Both the position numbers and the translations under genes were made by a program. The notes under the pieces are model-generated. The model made no database searches. It was not told the origin of the DNA and was given only the letters and a program-made list of their open reading frames with translations. A stretch of 63,996 nucleotides of DNA, the filler included, from an uncultured Acidimicrobiia bacterium (GTDB lineage Bacteria; Actinomycetota; Acidimicrobiia; Spongiisociales; JAOTWH01): the NCBI GenBank assembly GCA_964347285.1. It is 3 parts of 3 records of this genome, joined end to end, with 100 filler letters (N's around TTAATTAATTAA, not from the genome) between each part and the next. Parts side by side here need not be neighbours in the genome. Positions count along the whole stretch, not along the records: positions 31,284 to 61,268 come from CAYFYE010000017.1; 2 more parts are not named here. One strand, written 5' to 3'. Positions 32,571 through 42,448 of the stretch are shown in pieces; the first letter of the stretch is position 1; the number at the start of each line of letters is the position of its first letter.

Positions 32571-33362
32571 TTGGGAAGCGATAAGTTCGTTCATCGCCCA
32601 AGTGGAGTTATCCCGCCAGCGGGCGGCCTGATTGTCATAGACCGCAAAGAGGTCAGCCAACGCCAAAACGTCGGTAGTGGCTGACGTGACCTCCTGCGCC
32701 CCTCCTGACAGGGCGGTGACGATCCCGAATGGTTGCGCCGTGCCTGAACCAGTCGCAAACGCGGTGTTCTCCAGGTTGGCCTGGGCGTCCACCATCATCC
32801 TGGTGACTTCCTCGGCGAAGTTCGGAATGTCCATCCCGACTTCGATTGAGAACGGGACGAACACGGCGAGTTTGTGCACTGTGACTTGTGGCTGGGCGAG
32901 GGTGGGGGCGTCGTCTGACACTTCGGTGGCCTCGGCATCCCACGAGGCCGAAATTTGCCCGGTGCTGACTCCGCTCCACACGTCACCGGTGGCGATGACC
33001 TGGCGGCTCACCCCGGCGATTCCGTCCTGGCTGCCGGCACCGGTGATGACGAAGGCCGGGTCCAACTGGGCCGGTACGGCGAATCCACCGGCGGCGTCGG
33101 TGAGGCTCATGGCACGGCTGATTTGGTTCAGGCGGCGGATGGCCCGCACCTCAGCATCGGTGAGGGGTTCACCCCGGAGGCTCGCCCAAAAGGCGGATAC
33201 GTAGTCGGGGTGGCTGGCGTTGAGGACCCAGCGGGAGAGGTCGCCGGCGGCGTTGTCGAACCGCTCCACTGCCCTGGTCATTGCTTCCCTGGTTCGGTCG
33301 GTGGCGCCGGAGGCGTAGGTGTCCCAGATCCACGGCGACCTCCCGATTGCTCGTTTCCCAAG
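32571..33362 (-). pseudogene. Internal fragment of an HK97-fold phage major capsid protein
   Basis: RAMSLTDAAGGFAVPAQLDP, ASWDAEATEVSDDAPTLAQP, FVPFSIE, FATGSGTAQPFGIV, WAMN; both ends missing. Confidence 0.82.
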
Positions 33363-33397
33363 CTACCGGGCGGTGCCGGCGGCACCAACGTGCGGGT

Positions 33398-33534
33398 GGG
33401 CCACCGACGACGAGGGCGACGTGAAGGCGGCCGCCCGGCAGTGCCTCGACCGCATCGAGCTGCGCCGGCCGGTGCGTCTCCTCGGGGTCCGTCTCACCAA
33501 CCTGGAGCGGCCCGGCCGGGAGAGGGCTCAGTAG
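33398..33534 (+). pseudogene. dinB: C-terminal remnant of DNA polymerase IV (little-finger domain)
   Basis: ATDDEGDVKAAARQCLDRIELRRPVRLLGVRLTNL. Confidence 0.7.
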
Positions 33535-35747
33535 ATCAGCTTCTCCAGCGCCCTTCCCAGAAAGGTGCGGCGGAATGTGTCGCGGGCCTCCACCAGCAGT
33601 ACCGCGCACTCGACCCGGTCGGAGATCCGGTCGGCCAGGTCGGCGAAGAACGGGAAGGTGTGCAGCGGGGCGCCCAGGATCACCAGACCCGAGCCGTGGG
33701 CGATGCGCCCCAGCGCCTCCACCAGGTCGTCCGATCTCTCGACCAGACTCTCCGTCGGCACCGGTGAGAGGCCCTCGAGCTGCCCGTGGTACTCGACGAT
33801 CGATCCCACCTGGCTGTCGGTGGCGTCGGTGCCGAGCACGTGGACGAACCGGACCGACGCCGATTCGGCCATAGCGATCCGATCCGCCAGGTGCACCTTG
33901 AGGGCATCGAACGGCCCGCCCGCCCCCATCACCGCGATGCTGTCCACCGACCCCACCTCCCGATTCCTCAAGAAGGCGGTGTCGCAGTCGACTCCCTCCC
34001 GTAACCAGCGCACCTCGCCGCCCCGGAACAGCCCGCGCCGATGGGGCCTGGGCATCTCGGCCAGCAAGAGGTCGACCCCGTTCTCCGTGACGTAATTGAT
34101 GAGCGCTCTCCGCCGGTCGTGGCCGACCACCTCGCCGGCATGGACCGTCACCCCCTGCTCGCCGGCCATGGCGTGAACCCCCTGCTCGAAGGCCAGATCC
34201 TCTTCGCTCACCCCGGCCGCCGACTCCAGGTTGATCTGGAAGGGCACCTCCTCGAACCGCAGGACGTCGATCCTGCCGTCGGGAGCCGCGACGCTGCCGG
34301 CGACCCGAATCAGATCGCGCAGCCGGGCGCCGGGGATGTCGCGCCGGACCGGGATGAGGATGTGCGATTTGCCGGGGCCGGCCAGCGCCTGCTCGGTCTG
34401 GGCCACCAGCCGGGTGTTGGTCCGCAATCGCAGCGCGTCCAGCGAGGCGCTCTCCCGGCTGGCTCGGGACTGACCGAACAGCCGGTACCAGGCCACGGCC
34501 ACCACCACGATGGCCAGCGCCCCGACGATCGAATCCCACCCCATCTCGGTGAGGAACAGGAGCGCGCCACCGATTCCGGCCAGCTGCAGCCAGGGATAGG
34601 CGGGGGCACGGAACCGGGGCCGGTACCAGGGCACCTTGCTTTCCCGGAAGGCAATCACCGCCAGGTTGACCATCGACAACACGAGGAGCTGGAACGCACT
34701 GGCCAGCTTGGCGAGCTCGAAGATGGGAACGAACGCCACCAGCAGCACGATCGCTGTTCCGGTGATGGTGATCGCCACCACCGGGGTGCCCGATCGGGCC
34801 CCGATGCGGGCGAACGAGACCGGGGCCAGGGCCCGCCGGGCCATGGCGAACGGATAGCGGGACGAGGAGAGCAGGCCGGCATTGGCCATGCTGAGCAAGG
34901 CCAGCACTGCGGTAACTGCGATCACGGTGGGCCCGATGTCGCCCATGAAGGTTTCGGCGGCGGTCGCCATCGGCGTCAGCGTCTCCGTCAGCTCCTCGGC
35001 CGGCGTCACTCCCACGATCACGAACACGATGGCCGGGTAGAGGACCATCATCAGCGCAATGCTGATGAGGATCGCCAGAGGGAGGTTGCGGTGGGGACGC
35101 TCGATCTCCTCGGCAACGCTGGCGACCTTGGTGACTCCGGCGTACGACACGAACACCAGCCCCGAGGCGGCCAGCAGGCCCGAGAAGCCCTCGGAGAAGA
35201 ACGGGCGGTAGCTCTCGTTGTCGACGAGCGTGACCCCATCAGCCACATAGAAGGCCAGCACCCCGAGCACCACCGTGACGATCAGGGTCTGGAAACGGCC
35301 GCTCTGTCGGATTCCGGCCACGTTGATGCCGATCAGCATGACCGCGAAGCCCACCGCCACCGGCTTGACCGGCAGGTCGGCGAAGTAGCTCAGATAGGCG
35401 CCCAGGCCCACCAGGGCGAAGGCCGCCTTGAAGACGAGGGCAAACCAAGTGCCGAAGCCGGCCACCGTGCCCATCAGCGGGCCCATGGCCCGGTCGACGT
35501 ATAGGTAGGTGCCTCCGGCCTGGGGCATGGCGGTGGCCATCTCCGACTGGCTGAAAGCGGCCGGGACCACCAAAAGCCCGGCCAGGAAATAGGCGAGGAT
35601 GGCCGCCGGACCAGCGGTCTCGTAGGCGAGCCCGGGCAGCACGAAGATGCCGCTGCCGATCATGGCCCCCAGGCTGACCGTGAAGGCGCCGTACAGGCCC
35701 AGCTCGCGGGCCAGCGACTTCGAGCCCGTTCCCTCGGTGATGTCCAT
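33528..35747 (-). CDS. APC family amino acid permease with C-terminal USP-like domains
   Basis: GAMIGSGIFVLPG, EMATAMPQAGGTY, SYAG, AEE, SSRYPFAM; soluble C-terminus with HILIPV. Confidence 0.88.
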   Translation of the reverse strand: MDITEGTGSKSLARELGLYGAFTVSLGAMIGSGIFVLPGLAYETAGPAAILAYFLAGLLVVPAAFSQSEMATAMPQAGGTYLYVDRAMGPLMGTVAGFGTWFALVFKAAFALVGLGAYLSYFADLPVKPVAVGFAVMLIGINVAGIRQSGRFQTLIVTVVLGVLAFYVADGVTLVDNESYRPFFSEGFSGLLAASGLVFVSYAGVTKVASVAEEIERPHRNLPLAILISIALMMVLYPAIVFVIVGVTPAEELTETLTPMATAAETFMGDIGPTVIAVTAVLALLSMANAGLLSSSRYPFAMARRALAPVSFARIGARSGTPVVAITITGTAIVLLVAFVPIFELAKLASAFQLLVLSMVNLAVIAFRESKVPWYRPRFRAPAYPWLQLAGIGGALLFLTEMGWDSIVGALAIVVVAVAWYRLFGQSRASRESASLDALRLRTNTRLVAQTEQALAGPGKSHILIPVRRDIPGARLRDLIRVAGSVAAPDGRIDVLRFEEVPFQINLESAAGVSEEDLAFEQGVHAMAGEQGVTVHAGEVVGHDRRRALINYVTENGVDLLLAEMPRPHRRGLFRGGEVRWLREGVDCDTAFLRNREVGSVDSIAVMGAGGPFDALKVHLADRIAMAESASVRFVHVLGTDATDSQVGSIVEYHGQLEGLSPVPTESLVERSDDLVEALGRIAHGSGLVILGAPLHTFPFFADLADRISDRVECAVLLVEARDTFRRTFLGRALEKLIY

Positions 35748-35858
35748 CAGACGGCGGTGAGCCTACGCCCCTTTTCGCCTTCCCGGTGCCAATCTCCTGG
35801 TCGGGCCGGCAATCGCACCGCCCCGTATAGTGCACTCCTCTTCTCACCCGGAGGCACC

Positions 35859-37409
35859 ATGGCCGAACAGCAACCACTCTCCGGTCCCGATCTCGAGCAT
35901 GAGGGTGTGGGCGCCGACGAGCTGGGCGAGGGGCAGATGATCCTGGGCCGGGCCGGGGACCAGCCGGTGGTGATCGCCCGCACCGGCGGAGAGGTGTTCG
36001 CGGTGGGCGGGCGCTGCACCCACTACGGCGGCCCGCTCGGCAAGGGGCTGTTCGACGGGGAAATGGTCCGCTGCCCGTGGCACCACGCTTGCTTCAGCGT
36101 GCGCACCGGAGAAGCGGTCCGGGCCCCGGCCATGAACCCGGTTCCGACGTACCGGGTGCGCGAGGAGGGAGACCGGCTGTACGTGTCGGGTCCGGTCGAG
36201 ATCGAGCCCGAGGCGAAGACTCCGGAGACCGCGCCTGCTTCGGTCGTCATCCTCGGCGCCGGCGCCGCCGGCGCCGGTGCGGCCGAAACGCTGCGCCGCG
36301 AGGGCTACCGGGGCCCGATCACGATGGTCGGGGCAGACGGCGCCGGTCCGGTCGACCGGCCCAACCTGTCCAAGGACTACCTGGCCGGCACCGCCCCCGA
36401 GGAGTGGATCCCGCTGCGATCGGAAGCGTTCTATGCCGAGCACGACATCGAGCTCGTGCTGGGAAGGAGGGCCGTCTCGATCGATCCAGAGGCAGGGACG
36501 GTGACGCTCGACGACGGCACCGAGCTCGGCTTCGATGCGCTGTTGATCGCCACCGGCGCCGACCCGATCCATCTCGACACCCCCGGCATCGACCTCCCCC
36601 ACGTCCACTACCTGCGGACCCTGGACGACAGCCGGGGCATCATCGCCGCAGCCGAGCAGGCCCGCAGCGCCGTCGTCCTGGGCGCCAGCTTCATCGGCCT
36701 GGAAGTGGCCGCCTCGCTTCGTCAGCGAGACCTCGAGGTCCACGTGGTGGCCCCCGAGGCCGTCCTCATGGAGAGGGTGCTCGGAGCGGAGTTGGGCGAG
36801 TTCATCCGCAACCTCCACACCGAGCACGGCGTCCACTTCCACCTGGAGCGGACCGCGGCCGCCATCGAGGAGGACTCGGTGACGCTGTCGGACGGAACGA
36901 ATCTGGCGGCCCAGCTGGTGGTCGTGGGAGTGGGGGTGCGGCCCGCCCTCGCCCTCGCCGAGCAGGCCGGACTGGACGTCGACAGGGGCATCGTCGTCGA
37001 CGAGCAGCTGCGCACCAGTGCTCCCGGCATCTGGGCCGCCGGCGACGTGGCCCGCTATCCCGAGCCCCGGCTGGGGCGAGGCGTCCGGGTGGAGCACTGG
37101 GTGGTGGCCCAGCGCCAGGGCCAGGTCGCCGCCCGAAACATGCTGGGCCGACCCACTCCGTTCGTCGACGTCCCCTTCTTCTGGAGCCAGCACTACGACG
37201 TACCCATCAACTACGTGGGCCACGCCGAGGACTACGACGACACCGTAATCGACGGTTCGATCGCAGACCGGAACGCGATCGTCGCCTACCGCAAGGACGG
37301 CGAGGTCGTGGCGGTCGCCTCCATCTACCGCGACGTCGAGAGCCTGGAGGCGGAACTGGCCCTGGAACGCGGAGACCAGGAAGCGCTGGCCCGCCTGGCC
37401 GGAGCCTGA
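35859..37409 (+). CDS. Rieske 2Fe-2S/FAD-dependent oxidoreductase (AIFM3-like)
   Basis: CTHYG, CPWHH, GAGAAG, DRPNLSK, GASFIGLE, AAGD, EHW, PFFWS; RBS GGAGG. Confidence 0.93.
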   Translation: MAEQQPLSGPDLEHEGVGADELGEGQMILGRAGDQPVVIARTGGEVFAVGGRCTHYGGPLGKGLFDGEMVRCPWHHACFSVRTGEAVRAPAMNPVPTYRVREEGDRLYVSGPVEIEPEAKTPETAPASVVILGAGAAGAGAAETLRREGYRGPITMVGADGAGPVDRPNLSKDYLAGTAPEEWIPLRSEAFYAEHDIELVLGRRAVSIDPEAGTVTLDDGTELGFDALLIATGADPIHLDTPGIDLPHVHYLRTLDDSRGIIAAAEQARSAVVLGASFIGLEVAASLRQRDLEVHVVAPEAVLMERVLGAELGEFIRNLHTEHGVHFHLERTAAAIEEDSVTLSDGTNLAAQLVVVGVGVRPALALAEQAGLDVDRGIVVDEQLRTSAPGIWAAGDVARYPEPRLGRGVRVEHWVVAQRQGQVAARNMLGRPTPFVDVPFFWSQHYDVPINYVGHAEDYDDTVIDGSIADRNAIVAYRKDGEVVAVASIYRDVESLEAELALERGDQEALARLAGA

Positions 37410-38064
37410 TGGCCGCCGGGGCGGTCGTCGTCGGGACCGGCACCTTCGGCGGAGCGACCTCGGCCTCGGCTTCTCCGTCGGGCAGCTGGGCGGCGGGAAG
37501 GGAGGGTCGGCCGGCCCGCCGACTCGTCATCAGCCACCGTCGCCCGGTTCATCACTGTCGATCCGGCCCCGAACATGGCCACCGAAAGCAGTGAAGGTGA
37601 AAAGCGTCCGACTGGAAGGACCATCCAGCCCTCGGCCCGGGTAACGCAACCTTTAGCTGGTGGGGCGTCTTTCTTATTCCCTCAACAAGGGAAGGTCGTG
37701 GAGAAGTGAACAAATATGGGGAAAGCCTCTCCAGACACTGGAAAAAGTCGCATCACTACGGCCGAAGTGGCGTCACTGCCCTCCCGGCATCCCCGGGCCT
37801 GTCGACCACCCAAGGTGGCGCCATGCCCACCCGGGACCGGCGTCGCGCCGGCCTTCGGCCGTCGAGACGGAGCCTCGAGGCCCGCGGCCCGTGTCGTGGC
37901 ATGTACGGGTGGCAAGCCCGAAAGGGACGCGCCAAGCCGTTGCTGCCCCGGTGTCACCGGCCAGCGGTGGGCCCCATTGCCGCCGAGGAAGCCTGCTGAG
38001 CGGGAATCTCGGCATCCCGGCTGCGGTTGCCATGACCGGAACCCGACCAGGAGAACAGATTCTC

Positions 38065-38826
38065 ATGACCACCACCGCCCCCGCCCGGGAACGGGTCCGG
38101 ATCGAAGACGGCGCCAAGCGGATCCGCACCTACCTGGGGGGCGAGCTCATCGCCGACAGCACCCGGGTCAAGCTGGTGTGGGAGAAGCCCTTCTACCCCA
38201 CCTACTACTTCCCCACCGAGGATGTGCGGATGGAGCTGTTGGTGCCCACCGCCGAGACCAAGAAGTCCCCGAGCCGGGGCGTGGCCCACTACTACACCGT
38301 GAAGGGAAGCGATCGAGAAGCCGAGGGTGCCGCCTACGCCTATCCCGAGTCGTCCCTCGAGGAGCTGCGGGACCTGGTGGCCTTCCGCTGGAACGCCATG
38401 GACGGCTGGTTTGAGGAGGACGAGGAGGTGTTCGTCCACGCCCGCGACCCCTACACCCGGGTGGACATCCTGCACAGCTCTCGCCACGTCGAGGTGGTCG
38501 TCAACGGCGTCAACGTTGCCGATTCCCATCACCCCACCCTGCTCTTCGAGACCGGACTCCCGACCCGCTACTACCTCCCCAAGACCGACGTCCGCATGGA
38601 CCTGCTCACCTCCACCGACACCGAGACCCACTGCCCCTACAAGGGCAAAGCCGATTACTGGTCGGTGCGGGCGGGCGGTGAGGTGCTCGAGGACATCGTG
38701 TGGAGCTACCAGCACCCGGTGCACGAAAGCGCCAAGATCGCCGGACTGGTGAGCTTCTACAACGAGAAGGTCGACGTCTACGTCGACGGCGAGCTCGAGG
38801 AGCGGCCCAAGACGATGTTCTCCTGA
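38065..38826 (+). CDS. Tandem DUF427 protein
   Basis: Two DUF427 repeats; HARDPYTRVD, FETGLPTRYY, CPYKG, WSY. Confidence 0.9.
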   Translation: MTTTAPARERVRIEDGAKRIRTYLGGELIADSTRVKLVWEKPFYPTYYFPTEDVRMELLVPTAETKKSPSRGVAHYYTVKGSDREAEGAAYAYPESSLEELRDLVAFRWNAMDGWFEEDEEVFVHARDPYTRVDILHSSRHVEVVVNGVNVADSHHPTLLFETGLPTRYYLPKTDVRMDLLTSTDTETHCPYKGKADYWSVRAGGEVLEDIVWSYQHPVHESAKIAGLVSFYNEKVDVYVDGELEERPKTMFS

Positions 38827-39506
38827 GGGGCCGCCAGCTGCTCGACTCGGAATCGAGCCTTGCAGCTCCGGCAGGCGATCGAGACCCCGGTCGCGCCATC
38901 GACCACCGCCCCACAGAACGGGCAGAACCCGATCGCCTCCCCCTCCTCGACCCGGAGCTCCGGTCGGCTCGCCAGGTGAAGGACCGGGACGGCGACGGTC
39001 GCCGACGCCAGCAGCACCATCACCACGCCGAAGACACGGAAGATCCACTCGTCTTCGTTGCCGATCTCCCACCAGATGAAGGCTGCGATGAAACCGGCGC
39101 CGACGGTGCTCAACACGTAGGCCGAGGCCCGAACCCACTCGAAGCGCCCGACCAGGCGGGCCAGCGACAGGAAACAGATCAGGCTGAGTGCCAGGGCGGC
39201 GATGGTGAAGGTGCCGGACAGCTTCCAGGGCCAGTCCGGGTCGGGCTCGCCCCAGATCAGACCGACGATCAGCCCGAAGGCGACCACTGAAGCCAGAGCA
39301 GCCGCCGCCGGGATCACAGGCGCCAGGCGCCCTTGTTCGCGCGCCATGAGGGCCACCGTCACCAGGGCGCCCGCCGCGGCGATGCTGAACGACGTTCCGA
39401 TGATCCTCTCCTGCCCGGCAAAATCGAGCCCGAGCAGAGACAGAACGGCCAGAGCGGCCCCCACCCCGACCGACCACAGAATGAGAATGCGCAGTCTCCG
39501 CTCCAC
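38778..39506 (-). CDS. Multi-TM membrane protein with C-terminal zinc ribbon
   Basis: About six TM segments; CPFC...CRSC; RBS GGAGGG. Confidence 0.75.
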   Translation of the reverse strand: MERRLRILILWSVGVGAALAVLSLLGLDFAGQERIIGTSFSIAAAGALVTVALMAREQGRLAPVIPAAAALASVVAFGLIVGLIWGEPDPDWPWKLSGTFTIAALALSLICFLSLARLVGRFEWVRASAYVLSTVGAGFIAAFIWWEIGNEDEWIFRVFGVVMVLLASATVAVPVLHLASRPELRVEEGEAIGFCPFCGAVVDGATGVSIACRSCKARFRVEQLAAPQENIVLGRSSSSPST

Positions 39507-39718
39507 GATCCCTCCTCTCCCAGAGTATGACCCGCCGCGAAGCGGCCTGAGGGTCTTTCCTCCCCGATGGCCGGGCGCCGGTCTCGCCCTCGACCAGCAA
39601 CCGGGTGCCGGAAAGCGGCGAGCACCGTGGCCGAAGGCGGCGCCGGGCGCAGCATCGCGAGTCGCTCCGGCTCATGACGAACCACGGCTCGCCTAGGTTG
39701 GATCCGAAGGAGGCAGCC

Positions 39719-40498
39719 GTGGGGGCGCCGACAACACGCTTCGAGGGCAAGGTGGTCATCGTCACCGGCGGCAACTCCGGCATTGGGCGGGCAACCGCCC
39801 GGCTGTTCGCCGCCGAAGGTGCCTCGGTGATGATCGCCGCCCGCGACGAGGAACGGTCGGCTGAGGTCGTGGCCGAGATCGCCGCCGCCGGAGGGCAAGC
39901 GGCAGCGCACTGCTGCGATGTCACCGTACCGGCCGACTGCGCAACGGTCGTCGAGCGGTGTGGGGAGGAGCTCGGCCGACTCGACGTGCTGGTCAACAAC
40001 GCCGGGGTCATCTACCGAGACAGGACCGCGGTGGACACGTCGCTCGAGGAGTGGGAACACACGCTGGCCGTCAACGCCCGGGGCACGTTCCTGATGTCGA
40101 AATACGCCCTGCCTCTGATGATCGCCGGCGGCGGCGGCGCGATCGTCAACAACGCCTCCTACTTCGGCCTGGTGGGTGGTCGGGGCACGGCGGCGTACAG
40201 CGCAGCCAAAGGGGCGGTGGTGATGCTCACCAAGGCGATGGCGCTCGATCACGCCGCCGACGGGGTGCGGGTCAACTGCGTGTGCCCCGGCAGCGTCGAC
40301 ACCCCGATGCTGGCCTCGGAGATGGAAGCCATGGGGGGCGAGGAAGCGGTTCGCCACCTGTTCGAGGACAAGCACCCGCTGGGCCGTGTCGCCCAGCCCG
40401 ACGAGATCGCCCGAGCGATGCTCTACCTGGCGTCGGACGAGGCCGGCTTCATCACCGGAGCGGCGATACCCATCGACGGCGGGATCACCGCCGGCTGA
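39719..40498 (+). CDS. Short-chain dehydrogenase/reductase
   Basis: TGGNSGIG, NNAG, YSAAK, CPG; RBS AAGGAGG. Confidence 0.93.
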   Translation: MGAPTTRFEGKVVIVTGGNSGIGRATARLFAAEGASVMIAARDEERSAEVVAEIAAAGGQAAAHCCDVTVPADCATVVERCGEELGRLDVLVNNAGVIYRDRTAVDTSLEEWEHTLAVNARGTFLMSKYALPLMIAGGGGAIVNNASYFGLVGGRGTAAYSAAKGAVVMLTKAMALDHAADGVRVNCVCPGSVDTPMLASEMEAMGGEEAVRHLFEDKHPLGRVAQPDEIARAMLYLASDEAGFITGAAIPIDGGITAG

Positions 40499-40531
40499 CC
40501 CCGTGGCCCGGCGCCGGCCCTGCCGCTTCCC

Positions 40532-42358
40532 TCAACTGCCTCGCGGGGCCCGCACCACCGCCTCCAGTCCGATGCTCTGGAAGAACGTCACGTCGGCAAA
40601 CCCGGCGCTGTTGGACAGGCGGGCGTAGAAGAAGCCGTTGCTGGGGCGGTAGACGGCCACGGTGTCGATGCCGTTGCCGTTCCAGTCGCCGGCCACCAGC
40701 CTGTCACCCGGATCGCCGTAGATGAACGACAGATCAGCGACTCCCTGGGTGTGCGAATTGCGGAAGTACACCAATCCGGTCGACTCGCGGTGCAGCCCGA
40801 TGGTGTCGACCCCGTCGCCGTCGAAGTCCCCCACGTAGGGCTTGTCGCCCGGGTTGCCGAAGAGGTAGTCGATCTCGGCCGCACCCAGTCCTCCTTCGTT
40901 GGCCCCCAGCTTGTTGATGATGAACACCCGGCTCTCCGACGGGCGATAGATCGAGACCGTGTCGCAGCCGTCGCCGTTGAAGTCGCCGACGATGGGGATG
41001 TCGCCCGGGTTGCCGAAGAAGAAGCGGATGTCGGCGATGCCGGTGCTGTTGGAGTTCTTCAGATACACGAAGCCATCGGACTGGCGATACATCCCCGGCG
41101 TGACCACTCCATCGCAGTCCCAATCGCCCATGACCGGAAAATCGCCCGGATTGCCGTAGATGAACACGAGGCTCGGCGGCGGGGCACCATCGACCACGCC
41201 GATACGGGTCTTGAGGATGAACAGCGGCCCGACGTCGTCGACGAACCCGACGGAGTCGCAGGCGGCTCCCGGCGGACAGGGGTCGGGCGCCAGGCCCGGC
41301 TCCACGACCCGCAACGCGGTGTCCTTCACGAACCAGGGAGCGAACGTCGATGAGTTCCCCAATGCAGCGGTGGATACCCCGGCCGACCAGCCGTCGCCGA
41401 GGGTGTTCCCATCCCACACTCGCCAGTCGCAAGCTCCGGGCGCGTTGAACCAGATGGCGGCGACGGCGTTGGCGTCGTTGGCGGCGTAGGTGAAGAGGTC
41501 CTTCACAAAGCCGGCACGATGGGCCCCCGGGCAGGCGGCGGTGGGGGCCAGCAGCACCGGGGTGTCGGGGGCAAAAGTCGGTTCCCGCACCTCGGTGAGG
41601 GCGGCGTCGAACAGGTCGGACGGCGAGGCGTCGGGGGCGGCGCCGATCCCCCTGCTGTTGAAGGCCCCCAGCGCGATCAGATCCGGTTTGGCGGCCGCCG
41701 AGAAGTCGAAATAGGAGCGGAGGCTCTGGCAGCCCGGATCGGAAGAGGCATTGGGCGCGAAGGCCCACCGGACTCGCGGGGCCTGGTCGGCCAACGTCGA
41801 CTCGGTGACCGAGACGAACTTGTTGAAGGCCGATTCGAAGGCGGACGGTGTGCACCCGTAGGCCGAGCCGGTCGCATTCATCGCCGGCAGCGGGGCGATG
41901 ATCACATGGCGATTGGTGGCGGAAGGCTCGAGCCCGCCGTCCAGGTTGGTGCCGTCCAGCCACTCCTTCACGTACCCGGCCCACGTGGTGATGGCCCCGT
42001 CGCTGCCGCCGGTGGCGATCGAGGCAGCCGTCGCGGAGACGTTCACGGTGGCCACGGCGGTGGCGCCGGCGGCCCGCACCGCGTTCAGCCGGCCGATCGT
42101 GGCCGCCCGGGTGTCGGCGACGTCGAGCTGCAGCCCGATGAAGCTCGCCTTGCCCCCGGCGCCGTTGAAGGCTGTGATGTCGTCGGCTATTGGGGCGAAG
42201 TCGTTGGCCGCCAGCGCCCCGGCGTCCGGGTAGTACCCGGCGTAGGCGATCCCCTGGGCAGGGATCTCCACATCCGCAGCGGCGATGGCCGGCCCGGACT
42301 CGGCCGCGGCAACGACCGTGGCCGCAACGGCGAATGCGACGAGTGAACGAAGGGCCAT
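40532..42358 (-). CDS. Secreted protein with GH26-like domain and C-terminal GDWD/GDFNG (FG-GAP/VCBS-like) repeats
   Basis: Signal peptide; IATG..DGAI..WA, VRWAFAPN, AIWFN..DWRV; four GNPGD/GDPGD..GD(W/F)xGxG repeats. Confidence 0.75.
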   Translation of the reverse strand: MALRSLVAFAVAATVVAAAESGPAIAAADVEIPAQGIAYAGYYPDAGALAANDFAPIADDITAFNGAGGKASFIGLQLDVADTRAATIGRLNAVRAAGATAVATVNVSATAASIATGGSDGAITTWAGYVKEWLDGTNLDGGLEPSATNRHVIIAPLPAMNATGSAYGCTPSAFESAFNKFVSVTESTLADQAPRVRWAFAPNASSDPGCQSLRSYFDFSAAAKPDLIALGAFNSRGIGAAPDASPSDLFDAALTEVREPTFAPDTPVLLAPTAACPGAHRAGFVKDLFTYAANDANAVAAIWFNAPGACDWRVWDGNTLGDGWSAGVSTAALGNSSTFAPWFVKDTALRVVEPGLAPDPCPPGAACDSVGFVDDVGPLFILKTRIGVVDGAPPPSLVFIYGNPGDFPVMGDWDCDGVVTPGMYRQSDGFVYLKNSNSTGIADIRFFFGNPGDIPIVGDFNGDGCDTVSIYRPSESRVFIINKLGANEGGLGAAEIDYLFGNPGDKPYVGDFDGDGVDTIGLHRESTGLVYFRNSHTQGVADLSFIYGDPGDRLVAGDWNGNGIDTVAVYRPSNGFFYARLSNSAGFADVTFFQSIGLEAVVRAPRGS

Positions 42359-42448
42359 GTGAGCCTCGCTGGAGATGACCCTTCGATGCTAGGGGCCGAA
42401 ACGGCCACCGGGGACAAAACCGATTGTCGGGGGCCTGAGACTGTTCCC

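Noticed and set aside
31917..33281. 454-aa ORF as a complete phage capsid gene or intact prophage
   Set aside because: Capsid similarity ends near 32571 and the remainder is antisense to other fragments; no portal, terminase or integrase nearby
35859..37409. AIF-like oxidoreductase as a cell-death or defence system
   Set aside because: Common bacterial Rieske-reductase fusion with no defence-gene context
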